From Hyalangium minutum (lineage in GTDB: Bacteria; Myxococcota; Myxococcia; Myxococcales; Myxococcaceae): DNA of 64,000 nucleotides. Every line of letters begins with the position of its first letter. The stretch's first letter is position 1. Below, piece by piece: positions 1-14,047 of the stretch. Made by a program: the position numbers and the translations under genes. The notes under the pieces are model-generated. The model had not been told where the DNA came from and searched no databases. It was given only the letters and a program-made list of their open reading frames with translations. The stretch covers positions 620,001 to 684,000 of the forward strand of contig NZ_JMCB01000003.1 in assembly GCF_000737315.1 (NCBI RefSeq), in the 5' to 3' direction.

Positions 1-892
1 CCTGCTCGCGCTCCACGGCCAGCCGGTTCAGCGCGTCGTCCTTCTTGGCCACCACCTTGGAATAGCGCTCCACGCGCGTCAGGATGTCCGCGGGCAGCCC
101 CAGCGACTCGGGGGTGGGCGCGGCGTTCCACGCGTTCTCCGCGTCCCGCACGGCCGCCTTCACGCCCTCGGTGCTCTTCAGCTTCCGCTCGGTCTCGAAG
201 AGCTGCGAGTTCAACCCGTCCAGCTTGAACTGCACCTCCTCCATCTCGCGAGACTTCACCAGTTCCTGCTCCAGCTCCTTCACCTTGGCCTCAGCCGCGG
301 GGATGTTCTCCGCGGGGGCCACCGCCTGGGTGCTGGCCAGGGCCGGCATGTTCGGGTTGCTCGCGAGCCCTCCGTGCCCGTGCCCGCTGTGCAGGCCCGG
401 GTTGCTCGCCGCGCCGGGCATCGACGGCCGCTTGAGATCCGGCTTCGAGGTGCGCACCCGCGGGCGGCGCGACGGGAGCTGGCTCGGCATCAGGCAGCAC
501 ACCTGCTCCCAGACGTTGCGCGACGGCAGGCCCACCTGCACGCGCAGGAACTGGCCGATCTCCGCCGTGTCCCCGGACACCAGCTCCGGAGGCTGCCCCG
601 GCACCGTCTGCTTGTGCAGCGTCCCCGAGCCGCCCAGCTCCCGTAGCAGCCGGTACGTGAGGTTGTCCTGGCCCAGCATGGTGAAGGCGGACTTGCCACG
701 CTTATCGGCCTGCGCCGAGAAGCTGGCATCGTCGCCACGCCCATCGGCGTACAGGAGCGCCAGGGACAGCGCCGCCAGAGGCGTCATCTCGGCGGCTGGG
801 GGCTTGAGGACGAGGTAGCCCGGCTTGAGCTGGAAGCGGCCTTGTGCCGAGAAACCCCGGACGTTTTGGACAGCAACCTCGAGGAAGTGCAT
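1..892 (-). CDS. SMC/SbcC-like coiled-coil protein, 5' part only (runs off window start)
   Basis: Not in ORF track (no stop in window). Manual translation from ATG at 892: MHFLEVAVQNVRGFSAQGRFQLKPGYLVLKPPAAEMTPLAALSLALLYADG..., then a P/G/H-rich linker and heptad-rich AEAKVKELEQELVKSREMEEVQFKLDGLNSQLFETERKLK. Open to position 2 with GC-rich third positions. Confidence 0.75.
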   Translation of the reverse strand, partial: MHFLEVAVQNVRGFSAQGRFQLKPGYLVLKPPAAEMTPLAALSLALLYADGRGDDASFSAQADKRGKSAFTMLGQDNLTYRLLRELGGSGTLHKQTVPGQPPELVSGDTAEIGQFLRVQVGLPSRNVWEQVCCLMPSQLPSRRPRVRTSKPDLKRPSMPGAASNPGLHSGHGHGGLASNPNMPALASTQAVAPAENIPAAEAKVKELEQELVKSREMEEVQFKLDGLNSQLFETERKLKSTEGVKAAVRDAENAWNAAPTPESLGLPADILTRVERYSKVVAKKDDALNRLAVEREQ

Positions 893-917
893 GCGCGGCC
901 CCATCCTAGCGCACCAA

Positions 918-956
918 CGAAAAAAGGAGCGTCCGCGAACGGACACTCCTTTTTCG
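918..956 (-). terminator. Intrinsic terminator of the rpsP-rplS operon
   Basis: Minus strand reads GGAGTGTCCG-TTCG-CGGACGCTCC-TTTTTT, 45 nt after the rplS stop; an A-tract on the other side suggests it could act bidirectionally. Confidence 0.85.
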
Positions 957-1000
957 AAACTGCGGAGACCTGAGAGAGCGGCCCGGGGGGCCTCCCCGAA

Positions 1001-1375
1001 CTAGGACTTCTTGGCGGCCGGGGTGTTCTCTTCCTGCACGTCCACGCGGGAAGCCTTGCCCTTGAGGTTGCGGAGGTAGAAGAGGCGGTTGCGGTTCACG
1101 CTGCCGCGGGAGAGGATCTCGATCTTCTCGTAGCGGGGGCTGTGCAGCGGGAAGATGCGCTCCACGCCGACGCCGAAGGACACCTTGCGCACGGTGAAGC
1201 TGGCGCGGTTGCTGCCCTTCTTCTTGCGGATGACGACACCCTCGAACGCCTGGACGCGCTCCTTCTCGCCCTCCTTCACCTTCCAGTGGACCCGGACGGA
1301 GTCCCCGGTCCGGAAATCGACCAGCTCCTTGCGGAGGTGCTTGGACTCGACGTACTCGATGGCGCTTCGACGCAT
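1001..1375 (-). CDS. rplS: 50S ribosomal protein L19
   Basis: [29 protein letters not shown]...[21 protein letters not shown]; canonical position after trmD. Confidence 0.97.
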   Translation of the reverse strand: MRRSAIEYVESKHLRKELVDFRTGDSVRVHWKVKEGEKERVQAFEGVVIRKKKGSNRASFTVRKVSFGVGVERIFPLHSPRYEKIEILSRGSVNRNRLFYLRNLKGKASRVDVQEENTPAAKKS

Positions 1376-1506
1376 GACTGTCCTCAGAAATCCTGTGTGG
1401 TGCGAATCGACCAGTAAGAGGGGGGCCTAGTAGCAGAGACGAGCGGGTCGGACAAGTCCGCAGATTGCCCAGTGTTTCCTCTCCCCACCCCCACCCAACC
1501 CGGGTG

Positions 1507-2241
1507 CTACAGGTCTTCCTCCCGGAGGGCGAGCAGTTTCTGATCCGCCTTCCCGAGCTCCAGGCGGCCAAAGAGGTCCGGCCGGCGCTCCCGGGTGAGC
1601 ATCAGGGCCTTCCAGCGGCGCCAGCGGGCGATCCGGGCGTGATCGCCGCTCTGGAGCACGGCGGGTACCTCGGCGCCCCGGAAGACAGGAGGCCGCGTGT
1701 ACTGGGGGTGCTCCAGCAGTCCCTCCTCGAAGCTCTCGCTGACGTGGGACGCCTGGTTGCCCAGCACCCCGGGGAGCAACCGGGCCACCGCATCCACCAC
1801 CGCCAGGGCTGCGATTTCCCCGCCCGTGAGGATGAAGTCCCCCAGGGACAGCTCCTCGTCCAGGAACGGCATGACGCGCTCGTCGACGCCCTCGTAGCGG
1901 CCACAGACGAGGATCAGGCCCGCGGAGTGGCTCACCAGCTCACGCGCCCGCGCCTGGGTGAACGCGGGCCCCCGAGGGCTCATCAGCAGCACCTTGGCGC
2001 CCGGGTGACGGGCCCGCGCCGCCTCGATGGCCGCCACCAGGGGCTCCACCTTCATCACCATGCCCGCCCCGCCGCCGTACGGCGTGTCGTCGGTGACGCG
2101 GTGCTTGCCCTCGGCGTACTCGCGGATGTCCGTGGCGGTGACGGAGAGCTTCCCGCGCTCCTGCGCCTTGCCGAGGATGCTCTCCCCCACGTAGCCGGAC
2201 ACCATGCCTGGGAAGAGCGTGAGGATCTCCACCGGGTACAT
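1507..2241 (-). CDS. trmD: tRNA (guanine37-N1)-methyltransferase
   Basis: [48 protein letters not shown] motifs. Confidence 0.97.
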   Translation of the reverse strand: MYPVEILTLFPGMVSGYVGESILGKAQERGKLSVTATDIREYAEGKHRVTDDTPYGGGAGMVMKVEPLVAAIEAARARHPGAKVLLMSPRGPAFTQARARELVSHSAGLILVCGRYEGVDERVMPFLDEELSLGDFILTGGEIAALAVVDAVARLLPGVLGNQASHVSESFEEGLLEHPQYTRPPVFRGAEVPAVLQSGDHARIARWRRWKALMLTRERRPDLFGRLELGKADQKLLALREEDL

Positions 2242-2801
2242 CAGCGGTCCTCCTCCTCGCCATCGCCTTCCTGGCGCTCGCCCTCGTCCTCGAAGAACTC
2301 GGGAGGCTTGATGACGATCTTCCCGCCCGGCATGTCTACCGTGGGCACGAACTCATCCGCGAACGGGATGATCAGCTCGGGCTTGCCAGAGCCGCGGATG
2401 ACGAGATTGGGCACCTCGCCGGTGGCCCAGACTTCCTCCACCTTGCCCAGCTCCTGGCCCTTCTCGTCCACGGCGGTGAGGCCCACCAGATCGCCCTGGA
2501 AGTACTCGCCCTCCTCGGGAGGCTCCAGGTCCTCGCGGTAGACGAACACCGTGGAGCCCACGAGCTCCTCGGAGGCCTCGCGCGTCCTCACGCCCTCGAA
2601 GACCACGAGATCCTCCTTGGAGGCAGGCCTCAGGGACTCGATGCGCAGCTCGCGCTCCTGGCCGGCCCGGGTGCGCACGCGCACGCGCTCGACAGAGTCG
2701 AGCGTCTCCGAGCCGGGATCGAATGCACGAATGGCCACCTCGCCCCGGATGCCGTGGGCCCGGGCCACATAGCCCAGCTCCAGCAGAGGACGAGGTGTCA
2801 C
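2241..2801 (-). CDS. rimM: 16S rRNA processing protein RimM
   Basis: [14 protein letters not shown]-terminus, [11 protein letters not shown] and PRC-barrel [14 protein letters not shown]; operon context. Confidence 0.95.
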   Translation of the reverse strand: MTPRPLLELGYVARAHGIRGEVAIRAFDPGSETLDSVERVRVRTRAGQERELRIESLRPASKEDLVVFEGVRTREASEELVGSTVFVYREDLEPPEEGEYFQGDLVGLTAVDEKGQELGKVEEVWATGEVPNLVIRGSGKPELIIPFADEFVPTVDMPGGKIVIKPPEFFEDEGERQEGDGEEEDR

Positions 2802-3091
2802 TGGGCGTCGGGGGCGGGAGGCGCAGCGGGAGCCGCCCCAGGGGCGGGCGCCACGCGCCGATCGTCGAGGATCTCGAGACGAACCTTCTGCCCCTGCTTC
2901 TGGGCCGCGGCATTCAGCAGCGTCCGGAGGGCGTTCACGGTCCGCCCGTCACGGCCGATGACCTTGCCGACGTCCTCGGGGGCGACCTTCAGCTCGAAGA
3001 GCCGGGCACCTTCCGCCTCGGACACACGCAGGCCCACCTGGTCTGGTTGATCGACCAGGGCCCGCGCGAGATAGGTAAGCAGTTGCTCCAC
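2798..3091 (-). CDS. khpA: KH-domain RNA-binding protein (KhpA/YlqC family)
   Basis: LKVAPEDVGKVIGRDGRTVNALRTLL (GxxG loop); lies between rpsP and rimM. Confidence 0.9.
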   Translation of the reverse strand: MEQLLTYLARALVDQPDQVGLRVSEAEGARLFELKVAPEDVGKVIGRDGRTVNALRTLLNAAAQKQGQKVRLEILDDRRVAPAPGAAPAAPPAPDAQ

Positions 3092-3112
3092 GTCCGGTCA
3101 GACCGGCAGGGC

Positions 3113-3370
3113 TTAGGCCGTGGGAGCGGCGGTCTTGGCCGCGCGCTTGATGAGGTCGGCCACCGTCTCAGAGGGGGTCGCGCCCGTCTTCAGCCAGTAC
3201 TGGAGCCGCTCCTGGTTGAACTCCACCTTCGGGGGGCTCAGGTTCGGATCGTAGGCGCCCACGGCCTCGATGAACTTGCCATCCCGGGGGTTCCGGGAGT
3301 CGGTGGCAACCACGTGGTAGTACGGCTTCTTCTTGGCGCCCGCGCGGGCAAGACGGAGAACGACGGCCAT
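3113..3370 (-). CDS. rpsP: 30S ribosomal protein S16
   Basis: MAVVLRLARAGAKKKPYYHVVATDSRNPRDGKFIEAVGAYDP. Confidence 0.97.
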   Translation of the reverse strand: MAVVLRLARAGAKKKPYYHVVATDSRNPRDGKFIEAVGAYDPNLSPPKVEFNQERLQYWLKTGATPSETVADLIKRAAKTAAPTA

Positions 3371-3423
3371 TGAACAGACTCCAGTGAAAACAGCAGGTAA
3401 CGAAAATTGGAGGAGGGCGCGCT

Positions 3424-3451
3424 ATTAGCGTCCCTCCGGCGGGATTGTCAA
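3424..3451 (-). promoter_or_regulatory. Putative sigma70 promoter of the rpsP operon
   Basis: Minus strand TTGACA (3451-3446), 16 bp spacer, GCTAAT (3429-3424); about 55 nt upstream of the rpsP start. Confidence 0.5.
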
Positions 3452-4593
3452 GGAAGCTCGGGAGCTTGCGTCGCCTTCCCCTCACCCTCCCCGCCCCGGT
3501 TGGCGAGCTGACCACAAGCGCCGGCGATATCCCGGCCCCGGTTCTGGCGGATGAAGGCGGCAATATGCCCCTGGGCGAGGATCTCGCGGAAGGCCTCCGC
3601 CCGCTCCTCCATGGTCGTCTGAAAGCCCAGCCCTGGGTTCTCGTTGTAGGGAATGAGGTTCACCTTGGCGGGGACGTCCTTCAGCAGCTCGATGAGCCGG
3701 TGAGCGTCCTCATCGGTGTCGTTGAAGCCCCTGAGCAGCACGTACTCGAAGGTGATGCGGCGGCCCTGGCGCAGGGGGAACTTGCGGCACGCCTCCATGA
3801 GGGCGGCGATGTTCCACTTGCGGTTGACGGGCATCGTCTTGCTGCGCTGCTCGTCCGTGCTGGCGTTGAGCGAGATGGCCAGCTTGACGTCCGTCTCCTG
3901 CCCAAACCGCTCGATCATGGGCACCAGGCCCACGGTGGAGACGGTGATGTGGCGGTGAGAGAAGTTTGGCCCGTCCTCGGACTGGAGGATGGAGAGCGCC
4001 GTCTTGAGGTTCTCGAAGTTGTGGAGCGGCTCGCCCATGCCCATGAACACCAGGTTGCTGAGCGGGCGCCAAGTCTCCAGGTTCTCCAGCTTGCGGACCT
4101 CGCGGTTGACGGTGTGCACCTGTGCGACAATCTCACCCGGGGTGAGGTTGCGCTTGAGGCCCAGGGTGCCCGTCATGCAGAACGAGCAGGCCATGGCGCA
4201 GCCCACCTGGGTGGAGACGCACAGCGTCTTGCGGTCCTCGGACGGCATGTAGACGGACTCGATGTAGCGGCCGTCGCGCGTCTTGAAGCGGTACTTGATG
4301 GTGCCGTCCACCGAGCGCTGCTCGAGGTCCTTCACGAGCGGGACAATCTCGGCGCGCTCCTTGAGCTTCTGGCGGAAGGCCTTGGACAGGTCCGTCATCT
4401 CGTCGAACGAGGTGGCGCCCCGCTGGTGGATCCAGCGGTAGATCTGCCCGGAGCGGAACGCGCGCTCGCCCAACTGCTCGCTGACGAAGCGGGTGAGGCC
4501 CTCCAGCGTGAGGCTGGACACATCCACGAGCTTCGCGGGCGCGGGGGCCGGCAGCGGCGTGGTGTCAGGAGTGGAGACGGCGGGCTCGGACAT
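3448..4593 (-). CDS. rlmN: Dual-specificity 23S rRNA (A2503)/tRNA methyltransferase RlmN (radical SAM)
   Basis: CVSTQVGCAMACSFCMTG (CxxxCxxC), VFMGMGEPLHN, RGRDIAGACGQL. Start moved to ATG 4593 (or 4596); the longer tracked ORF overlaps the divergent gene. Confidence 0.95.
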   Translation of the reverse strand: MSEPAVSTPDTTPLPAPAPAKLVDVSSLTLEGLTRFVSEQLGERAFRSGQIYRWIHQRGATSFDEMTDLSKAFRQKLKERAEIVPLVKDLEQRSVDGTIKYRFKTRDGRYIESVYMPSEDRKTLCVSTQVGCAMACSFCMTGTLGLKRNLTPGEIVAQVHTVNREVRKLENLETWRPLSNLVFMGMGEPLHNFENLKTALSILQSEDGPNFSHRHITVSTVGLVPMIERFGQETDVKLAISLNASTDEQRSKTMPVNRKWNIAALMEACRKFPLRQGRRITFEYVLLRGFNDTDEDAHRLIELLKDVPAKVNLIPYNENPGLGFQTTMEERAEAFREILAQGHIAAFIRQNRGRDIAGACGQLANRGGEGEGKATQAPELP

Positions 4594-4743
4594 CATCGGT
4601 CTTCTAACGAGGGGTGGAGGCGGAAGCCTTCCCACATCTCGGCCCGGCAAGTCAAAGGAGCGATTGCCCAGTCGCCAGGGCTCTGGGGAGTTGAGAGACT
4701 GGGCAGGGACTCTTCCCCTCCCTCCCCCAGGAGCCGGCCTTAC

Positions 4744-5334
4744 ATGAGTGACGAAAGCCCTCAGCAGGACAGCCCTCAGCAGGTGGTGCTGAAGACCTTC
4801 GAAGTCTGGATGAAGAAGGACATGGAGGCGTACAAGAAGCTCATCGCGCCCGACTATGTCGTCACGTCCACCTACCCTGCTCACCTGCCCATCAGCGGCG
4901 AGGGCCACGGACCGGACGGGGCCGTGGAGTACCAGACTCGCATCGCCGCGCCATTCGAACTGCTCGGGGCGGAGGTCAAGGATCTGATCGCCTCGGGCGA
5001 CACGGTCGTCCTCTCCGCCGAGGAGAAGCTGCGCGTCAAGGCGACCGGCAAAGAGGTCCTGAACCGCGTGGTGGCCATCATCAAGGTGCGGGATGGCCAG
5101 CTCGCCTCCACTCGCCTCTTCGGCGACACCTACGCCTTCCACGCCGCGTTCCAGCAGGACGAGGCGCCCAAGCGCACGAGCCGTCCCAAGAAGAACGCTG
5201 TGAAGAACGCGCTCAAGGCGGCCACCACCGGCAAGGCGCGCGCGAGCAAGAGCGCGGGCAAGAACAAGGTGAAGCCGGCCGCCAAGAAGACGAAGGCAGG
5301 CGCACGAAAGAGCACGGCCCGGGCTCGCCGCTGA
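4744..5334 (+). CDS. NTF2/SnoaL-like fold protein with Lys/Ala-rich C-terminal tail
   Basis: ATG 4744. Pattern YKKLIAPDYVV...GHGPDGAVEY...DLIASGDTVVL...IIKVRDGQLASTRLFGDT is typical of SnoaL_2; the last ~55 aa are K/A/R-rich. Confidence 0.8.
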   Translation: MSDESPQQDSPQQVVLKTFEVWMKKDMEAYKKLIAPDYVVTSTYPAHLPISGEGHGPDGAVEYQTRIAAPFELLGAEVKDLIASGDTVVLSAEEKLRVKATGKEVLNRVVAIIKVRDGQLASTRLFGDTYAFHAAFQQDEAPKRTSRPKKNAVKNALKAATTGKARASKSAGKNKVKPAAKKTKAGARKSTARARR

Positions 5335-5375
5335 GGGCGAACGCCGGGCCGTGAGCCTACGAACGGGGCGAGGAG

Positions 5376-5819
5376 CTACTTCTTGCCCTGGTACTCGTAG
5401 GAGTGGATCTCGGTCTCGCGGAAGAAGTAGGCGACCTCGTTCTTCGCGTTCTCGAGGCTGTCCGAGCCGTGCACCGTGTTCTTGTCGATGCTGGTGGCGA
5501 ACTCCTTGCGGATGGTGCCCGCGGCGGCGTTGGCCGGGTTGGTGGCGCCCATGATCTCGCGGTTGGCGGCCACGGCGTTCTCCCCCTCCAGCACCATGAG
5601 CACCACGGGGCCGGAGATCATGAAGCTGACCAGGTCCTTGAAGAAGGGGCGCGCCTTGTGGACGGCGTAGAAGCCCTCGGCCTGCGCCTGGGACAGGTGC
5701 TGCAGGCGGATGGCGACGGGCTTCAGACCCTTCTCCTCGAACTTGGAGATGATCTTCCCGATGATGCCCTTCTCCAGTCCGTCCGGCTTGATGATGGACA
5801 GCGTACGCTCGATGGCCAT
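5376..5819 (-). CDS. ndk: Nucleoside diphosphate kinase
   Basis: [28 protein letters not shown] (catalytic His). Confidence 0.97.
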   Translation of the reverse strand: MAIERTLSIIKPDGLEKGIIGKIISKFEEKGLKPVAIRLQHLSQAQAEGFYAVHKARPFFKDLVSFMISGPVVLMVLEGENAVAANREIMGATNPANAAAGTIRKEFATSIDKNTVHGSDSLENAKNEVAYFFRETEIHSYEYQGKK

Positions 5820-5861
5820 GGTTCGTGGTCCTCGCAGTGACTCGTGTGAAAGGTGGAACGT

Positions 5862-6764
<903 letters not shown>

Positions 6765-6801
6765 GAGGTTGCTCTCGTGAAAGAAGGGGTGACGGAGGGG
6801 C

Positions 6802-7962
<1,161 letters not shown>

Positions 7963-8008
7963 CAAGGCTCCGGTGAGCGGCGATGGCTGGAAGCGTCAAT
8001 CGCGGGCT

Positions 8009-8027
8009 GCGTATTCTCGCAATACGC
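8009..8027. promoter_or_regulatory. Perfect 7-bp inverted repeat upstream of sucC (candidate operator)
   Basis: GCGTATT-ctcgc-AATACGC in the sdhB-sucC intergenic region, 47 nt upstream of the sucC ATG. Confidence 0.35.
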
Positions 8028-8180
8028 GCCTAAGTGCAAGGGTGTTGACAGCCCGGAGGCAGCGGCCCGGATGTAGGCAAGCGAGGCTTCGCCGGGAGGC
8101 GGACATGACACGGCCCTGCCTCGGGACCCAAGGGCACCCGAGTGCAGGGCCGCGGACAACAGAGAACCGAAAGTCCCGGG

Positions 8181-8984
8181 CTAGCCCGGACCCGCGGCGT
8201 GCTTCTGCTCCTCTTCCTTGAAGAAGATGTCCTTGATGAGGAGCTTGCTCACCTCGCGGTTCATCATCGCGATGGAAGACGTGAGCGGGATCTCCTTCGG
8301 GCACACCTTCACGCAGTTCTGGGCCTTGCCACAGTCCTGGATGCCGCCCGGCCCCATGAGCGCGCGGGTGCGCTCCTCGGCGTTCATCTTGCCGGTGGGG
8401 TGCATGTTGAAGAGCCGCGCCTGGCTGATCGGCGCCGCGCCGACGAAGTCGTTGTCCATCGTCACCTGCGGGCACGCCTCGAGGCAGCTGCCGCAGGTGA
8501 TGCACGTGGACAGCACGTACATGGTGGCCTGGTCCTTCGGCGACTGCCGGGGGCCCGGGCCGAGGTTGTGCGTACCATCCACCGGGATCCACGCCTTCAC
8601 CCGCTTGAGCGACTCGAACATGCGCTGGCGGTCCACGGTGAGATCACGCACCACCGGGAACTTCTTCATCGGCTCCAGGGTGATGGGCTGCTCCAGCTTG
8701 TCCACCAGCGCCGAGCACGCCATGCGCACGCGGCCGTTGATGTTCATGGCGCAGCTGCCGCACACCTCCTCGAGGCATGCCGCGTCCCACACCACCGGGG
8801 CGACCTTCTTGCCCTGGACGGTGACGGGGTTGCGCTGGATCTCCATCAGGCTCGAGACGACGTTCGCGCCCTTGGTGTACGGGATGCGGAACTCGTCATA
8901 GTGCCCCTCCCCTCCCGGCCCATCCTGGCGCCAGATGCGGAAGGTGACGGTCTTGGTGGTGGCGCCTGCCTGTGCGTTGTCCAT
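8181..8984 (-). CDS. sdhB: Succinate dehydrogenase iron-sulfur subunit
   Basis: CLEEVCGSC...RMAC (2Fe-2S), CITCGSCLEACP, CGKAQNCVKVCP. Confidence 0.95.
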   Translation of the reverse strand: MDNAQAGATTKTVTFRIWRQDGPGGEGHYDEFRIPYTKGANVVSSLMEIQRNPVTVQGKKVAPVVWDAACLEEVCGSCAMNINGRVRMACSALVDKLEQPITLEPMKKFPVVRDLTVDRQRMFESLKRVKAWIPVDGTHNLGPGPRQSPKDQATMYVLSTCITCGSCLEACPQVTMDNDFVGAAPISQARLFNMHPTGKMNAEERTRALMGPGGIQDCGKAQNCVKVCPKEIPLTSSIAMMNREVSKLLIKDIFFKEEEQKHAAGPG

Positions 8985-8999
8985 GGTGAGTTCCTCTGA

Positions 9000-10877
9000 C
9001 TAAGCGTACCAGCGCGGCTCGGGGTCCAGGACGGGCGTGGCGATGTCCTGGTAGGAGATCTGCGGCCCCTCCACCGAGTGCTTCGCGATCGTCGTCTTCG
9101 CCCACTTCTCGTGGCGCTTCTTCCACAGGTCCATCCAGCTGGGATCCTCGCGGGGATCCTTGCTCTTGGGCTCGGGCAGCGAGAAGTCGGGCTTGTAGTG
9201 GGCGCCGCGGCTCTCGTCGCGCAGCAGCGCGCTGGTGGCGATCACCTCGCCCAGCTCCAGCATGTTCCACAGCTGGTTGGTGAAGGACAGCGAGCGGTTG
9301 GCCACGTTGCCCGTGTCCAGCACGTTGCAGTTCTTCCACCGCTCCTTCATCTCGCGGATCTTCTCGACCGACTTCTTCAGCCGGTCGTTGTAGCGGACGA
9401 CGGTGCAGTTCTCCGTCATCAGCTCGCCCAGCTCCTTGGAGATCTGGTACGGGTTCTCCGCGCCCGCCATCTTCTTGAGGGTGGCGAACCGGTCCTCCCA
9501 GTACTTCTTCGCGTCGGTGAAGTACTTGGCGCTCTGGGCCTCGGCGCTCTTGGCGTTGTTCTTCGCGTAGGCCGCCATGGCCGGGCCGCCGATCATGCCC
9601 GAGTAGATGCACGACAGCAGCGAGTTGGCCCCCAGGCGGTTGGCGCCGTGGAAGGCGTAGTCCGCCTCGCCCGCCGCGTACAGGCCCGGGATGTCCGTGG
9701 ACTGGTTGCGCGGGCTGCCGTCGGCCGGCGTCTGGGTGCGCGGATCAGCCTCGAAGTTCACGTACAGGCCGCCCATCGAGTAGTGCATGCCCGGGAAGAT
9801 GACCATCGGCGTGTGGCGCGGATCATCCCCCACGAACTTCTCGTAGATCTCCATCACGCCCTTGATCTTCGCGTCGAGCGTAGAAGCGGGAATGTGCGTC
9901 ACGTCCAGGTACACGCCGTCCTTGCCGTTGATGCCCATCCCCAGATCGCGGCAGACCATGAAGATCTCGCGAGTGGCCACATCACGCGGCACGAGGTTCT
10001 TGTACTTGGGGTACTTCTCCTCGAGGAAATAGAAGCGCTCGCTCTCGGGGATGTCGCGCGGGTTGCGCGTGTCGCCCTTCTTCCGAGGCACCCACACGCG
10101 GCCGCCCTCGCCACGCACGGACTCGCTCATCAGGCGCAGCTTGTCCTCGCCCGGAATCGACGTCGGGTGCACCTGGATGAACTCGCCGTTGGCGTAGCTG
10201 GCGCCCTCCATGTAGGCGCGGCCTGCCGCGGTGCCGGTGTTGATGATGGAGTTGGTGGAGCGCCCGAAGACGATGCCCGGACCTCCCGTGGCCAGGCACA
10301 CTGCCTCGGCCGGGAAGGTGCGAATCTCCATGGTGCGCAAGTCCAGCGCCACGCTGCCGATGCAGCGGCCAGACTCGTCCTTCACCGTGCCGAGCCACTC
10401 CCAAAACTCGTACTTGGTGACCTTGCCCTCGGACTCGTAGCGACGAACCTGCTCGTCCAGCGCGTAGAGCAGCTGCTGGCCGGTGGTGGCGCCCGCGAAG
10501 GCTGTCCGGTGGTGGAGCGTGCCGCCGAAGCGGCGGAAGTCCAGCAGGCCCTCGGAGGTGCGGTTGAACGTCACCCCCATGCGGTCCAGCATGTAGATGA
10601 TGCCCGGGGCCGCGTAGCACATGCCCTTCACGGACGTCTGCTCCGCGAGGAAGTCGCCGCCGCGCAGCGTGTCCTTCACGTGGATGTCCGGATGGTCACC
10701 CTCGCCCTTGGTGTTCACCGCGCCGTTGATGCCGCCCTGGGCGCAGACCGAGTGCGAGCGCTTCACCGGCACGATGGAGAGCACATCAACCTGGTGTCCG
10801 GCCTCGGCCAGCTTGATGGTCGTCATCAACCCTGCGAGACCGCCACCCACCACCGTGAACCGCGCTGCTGCTGCCAT
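9000..10877 (-). CDS. sdhA: Succinate dehydrogenase flavoprotein subunit (Bacillus-like type)
   Basis: VVGGGLAG, RSHSVCAQGGINGA (FAD-His), IQVHPT, SESVRGEG, HYSMGG, HGANRLGANSL, ESRGAH. Confidence 0.95.
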   Translation of the reverse strand: MAAAARFTVVGGGLAGLMTTIKLAEAGHQVDVLSIVPVKRSHSVCAQGGINGAVNTKGEGDHPDIHVKDTLRGGDFLAEQTSVKGMCYAAPGIIYMLDRMGVTFNRTSEGLLDFRRFGGTLHHRTAFAGATTGQQLLYALDEQVRRYESEGKVTKYEFWEWLGTVKDESGRCIGSVALDLRTMEIRTFPAEAVCLATGGPGIVFGRSTNSIINTGTAAGRAYMEGASYANGEFIQVHPTSIPGEDKLRLMSESVRGEGGRVWVPRKKGDTRNPRDIPESERFYFLEEKYPKYKNLVPRDVATREIFMVCRDLGMGINGKDGVYLDVTHIPASTLDAKIKGVMEIYEKFVGDDPRHTPMVIFPGMHYSMGGLYVNFEADPRTQTPADGSPRNQSTDIPGLYAAGEADYAFHGANRLGANSLLSCIYSGMIGGPAMAAYAKNNAKSAEAQSAKYFTDAKKYWEDRFATLKKMAGAENPYQISKELGELMTENCTVVRYNDRLKKSVEKIREMKERWKNCNVLDTGNVANRSLSFTNQLWNMLELGEVIATSALLRDESRGAHYKPDFSLPEPKSKDPREDPSWMDLWKKRHEKWAKTTIAKHSVEGPQISYQDIATPVLDPEPRWYA

Positions 10878-11028
10878 GAATCGTCTCCTTCGCTACATAG
10901 GAGGCTAGATAACTTGGCGGAATTCCGCCGCAAATCGTGAGGCGCGTCCAATAAGTGGGCGCCATTCACGGCATAAGGCCCGCCCTACCCAAGGAGTTCC
11001 CAGGCAGGACGGGCCCCGAACTGCCAGA

Positions 11029-13293
<2,265 letters not shown>

Positions 13294-13340
13294 GTGAAAG
13301 AGCTCCTGGGTGGGGTGAGACCGTGTATGCAGGGGGGCGG

Positions 13341-13369
13341 ATAGTCGAGAACCCGCCCCTCGCAGTCAA
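13341..13369 (-). promoter_or_regulatory. Putative sigma70 promoter of the icd-mdh operon
   Basis: Minus strand TTGACT (13369-13364), 17 bp, GACTAT (13346-13341); 47 nt upstream of icd ATG. Confidence 0.55.
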
Positions 13370-13477
13370 GCGCTTTGCCACCCTCTTGGCGCGCTGGGCT
13401 AATCGGAGCCAATGCCCCAACGCAGATCCGCCCTCCTTCCGAGGGCGTCCGTGCTTTCATGGTGCCCTGGAGGGCAT

Positions 13478-14047
13478 GTGAACCTGAACCGAACGTCATC
13501 AAGTGCGCTGTACCTGGCGGTGGTGCTGTCCCTGGTGCTGGTCCCGGCGGCCCGGGCTGACAAGGCGCGTGGGCAGGACGAGGCGGCGATCCGCCAGCTC
13601 GTGGCCGCTCAGGCCGAGGCTTGGAACCAGCACGACGCCACGGCCTGGAGCAAGGACTTCGCCCCGGATGCGGACTTCGTGAACATCGTCGGGACCGTGT
13701 TCCAGGGCCGCGAGGAGATCGAGAAGCGCCACGCCGGCATCTTCGCCAGCATCTTCAAGACGAGCCGGACGCTGGTGTCGGTGCGCCGGATCGTATTCCT
13801 GGGGCCGGACGTGGCCATCGTGGACATGGACCACGAGGTGACCGGACACGGCGGGTTGCCTCCCGGTGTGCAGAACACGGATGAGTCCGGCACGCTGCGG
13901 ACGCGGATGAAGTACGTGATGAAGAAGGCCAAGGGCGCGTGGCAGATCGTCACCGGGCAGAACACGGACGTGAAGCCTGCGCCCAAGGGCTCGGCTGCTC
14001 CGCCTGCTTCACCGGCGGCCTCTGCTCCGTCGGAGACGAAGAAGTAG
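13478..14047 (+). CDS. Secreted SnoaL/DUF4440 (SgcJ/EcaC-like) NTF2-fold protein
   Basis: GTG 13478 after GGAGGG; signal peptide ending ARA; DEAAIRQLVAAQAEAWNQHDA...FAPDADFVNIVG...GREEI...KGAWQIV. Confidence 0.85.
   Translation: MNLNRTSSSALYLAVVLSLVLVPAARADKARGQDEAAIRQLVAAQAEAWNQHDATAWSKDFAPDADFVNIVGTVFQGREEIEKRHAGIFASIFKTSRTLVSVRRIVFLGPDVAIVDMDHEVTGHGGLPPGVQNTDESGTLRTRMKYVMKKAKGAWQIVTGQNTDVKPAPKGSAAPPASPAASAPSETKK

Noticed and set aside
3445-4743. N-terminal extensions of the tracked ORFs 3445..5334 (+) and 3448..5142 (-)
   Set aside because: The extensions overlap real genes on the opposite strand; the true starts are 4744 (+) and 4593/4596 (-).
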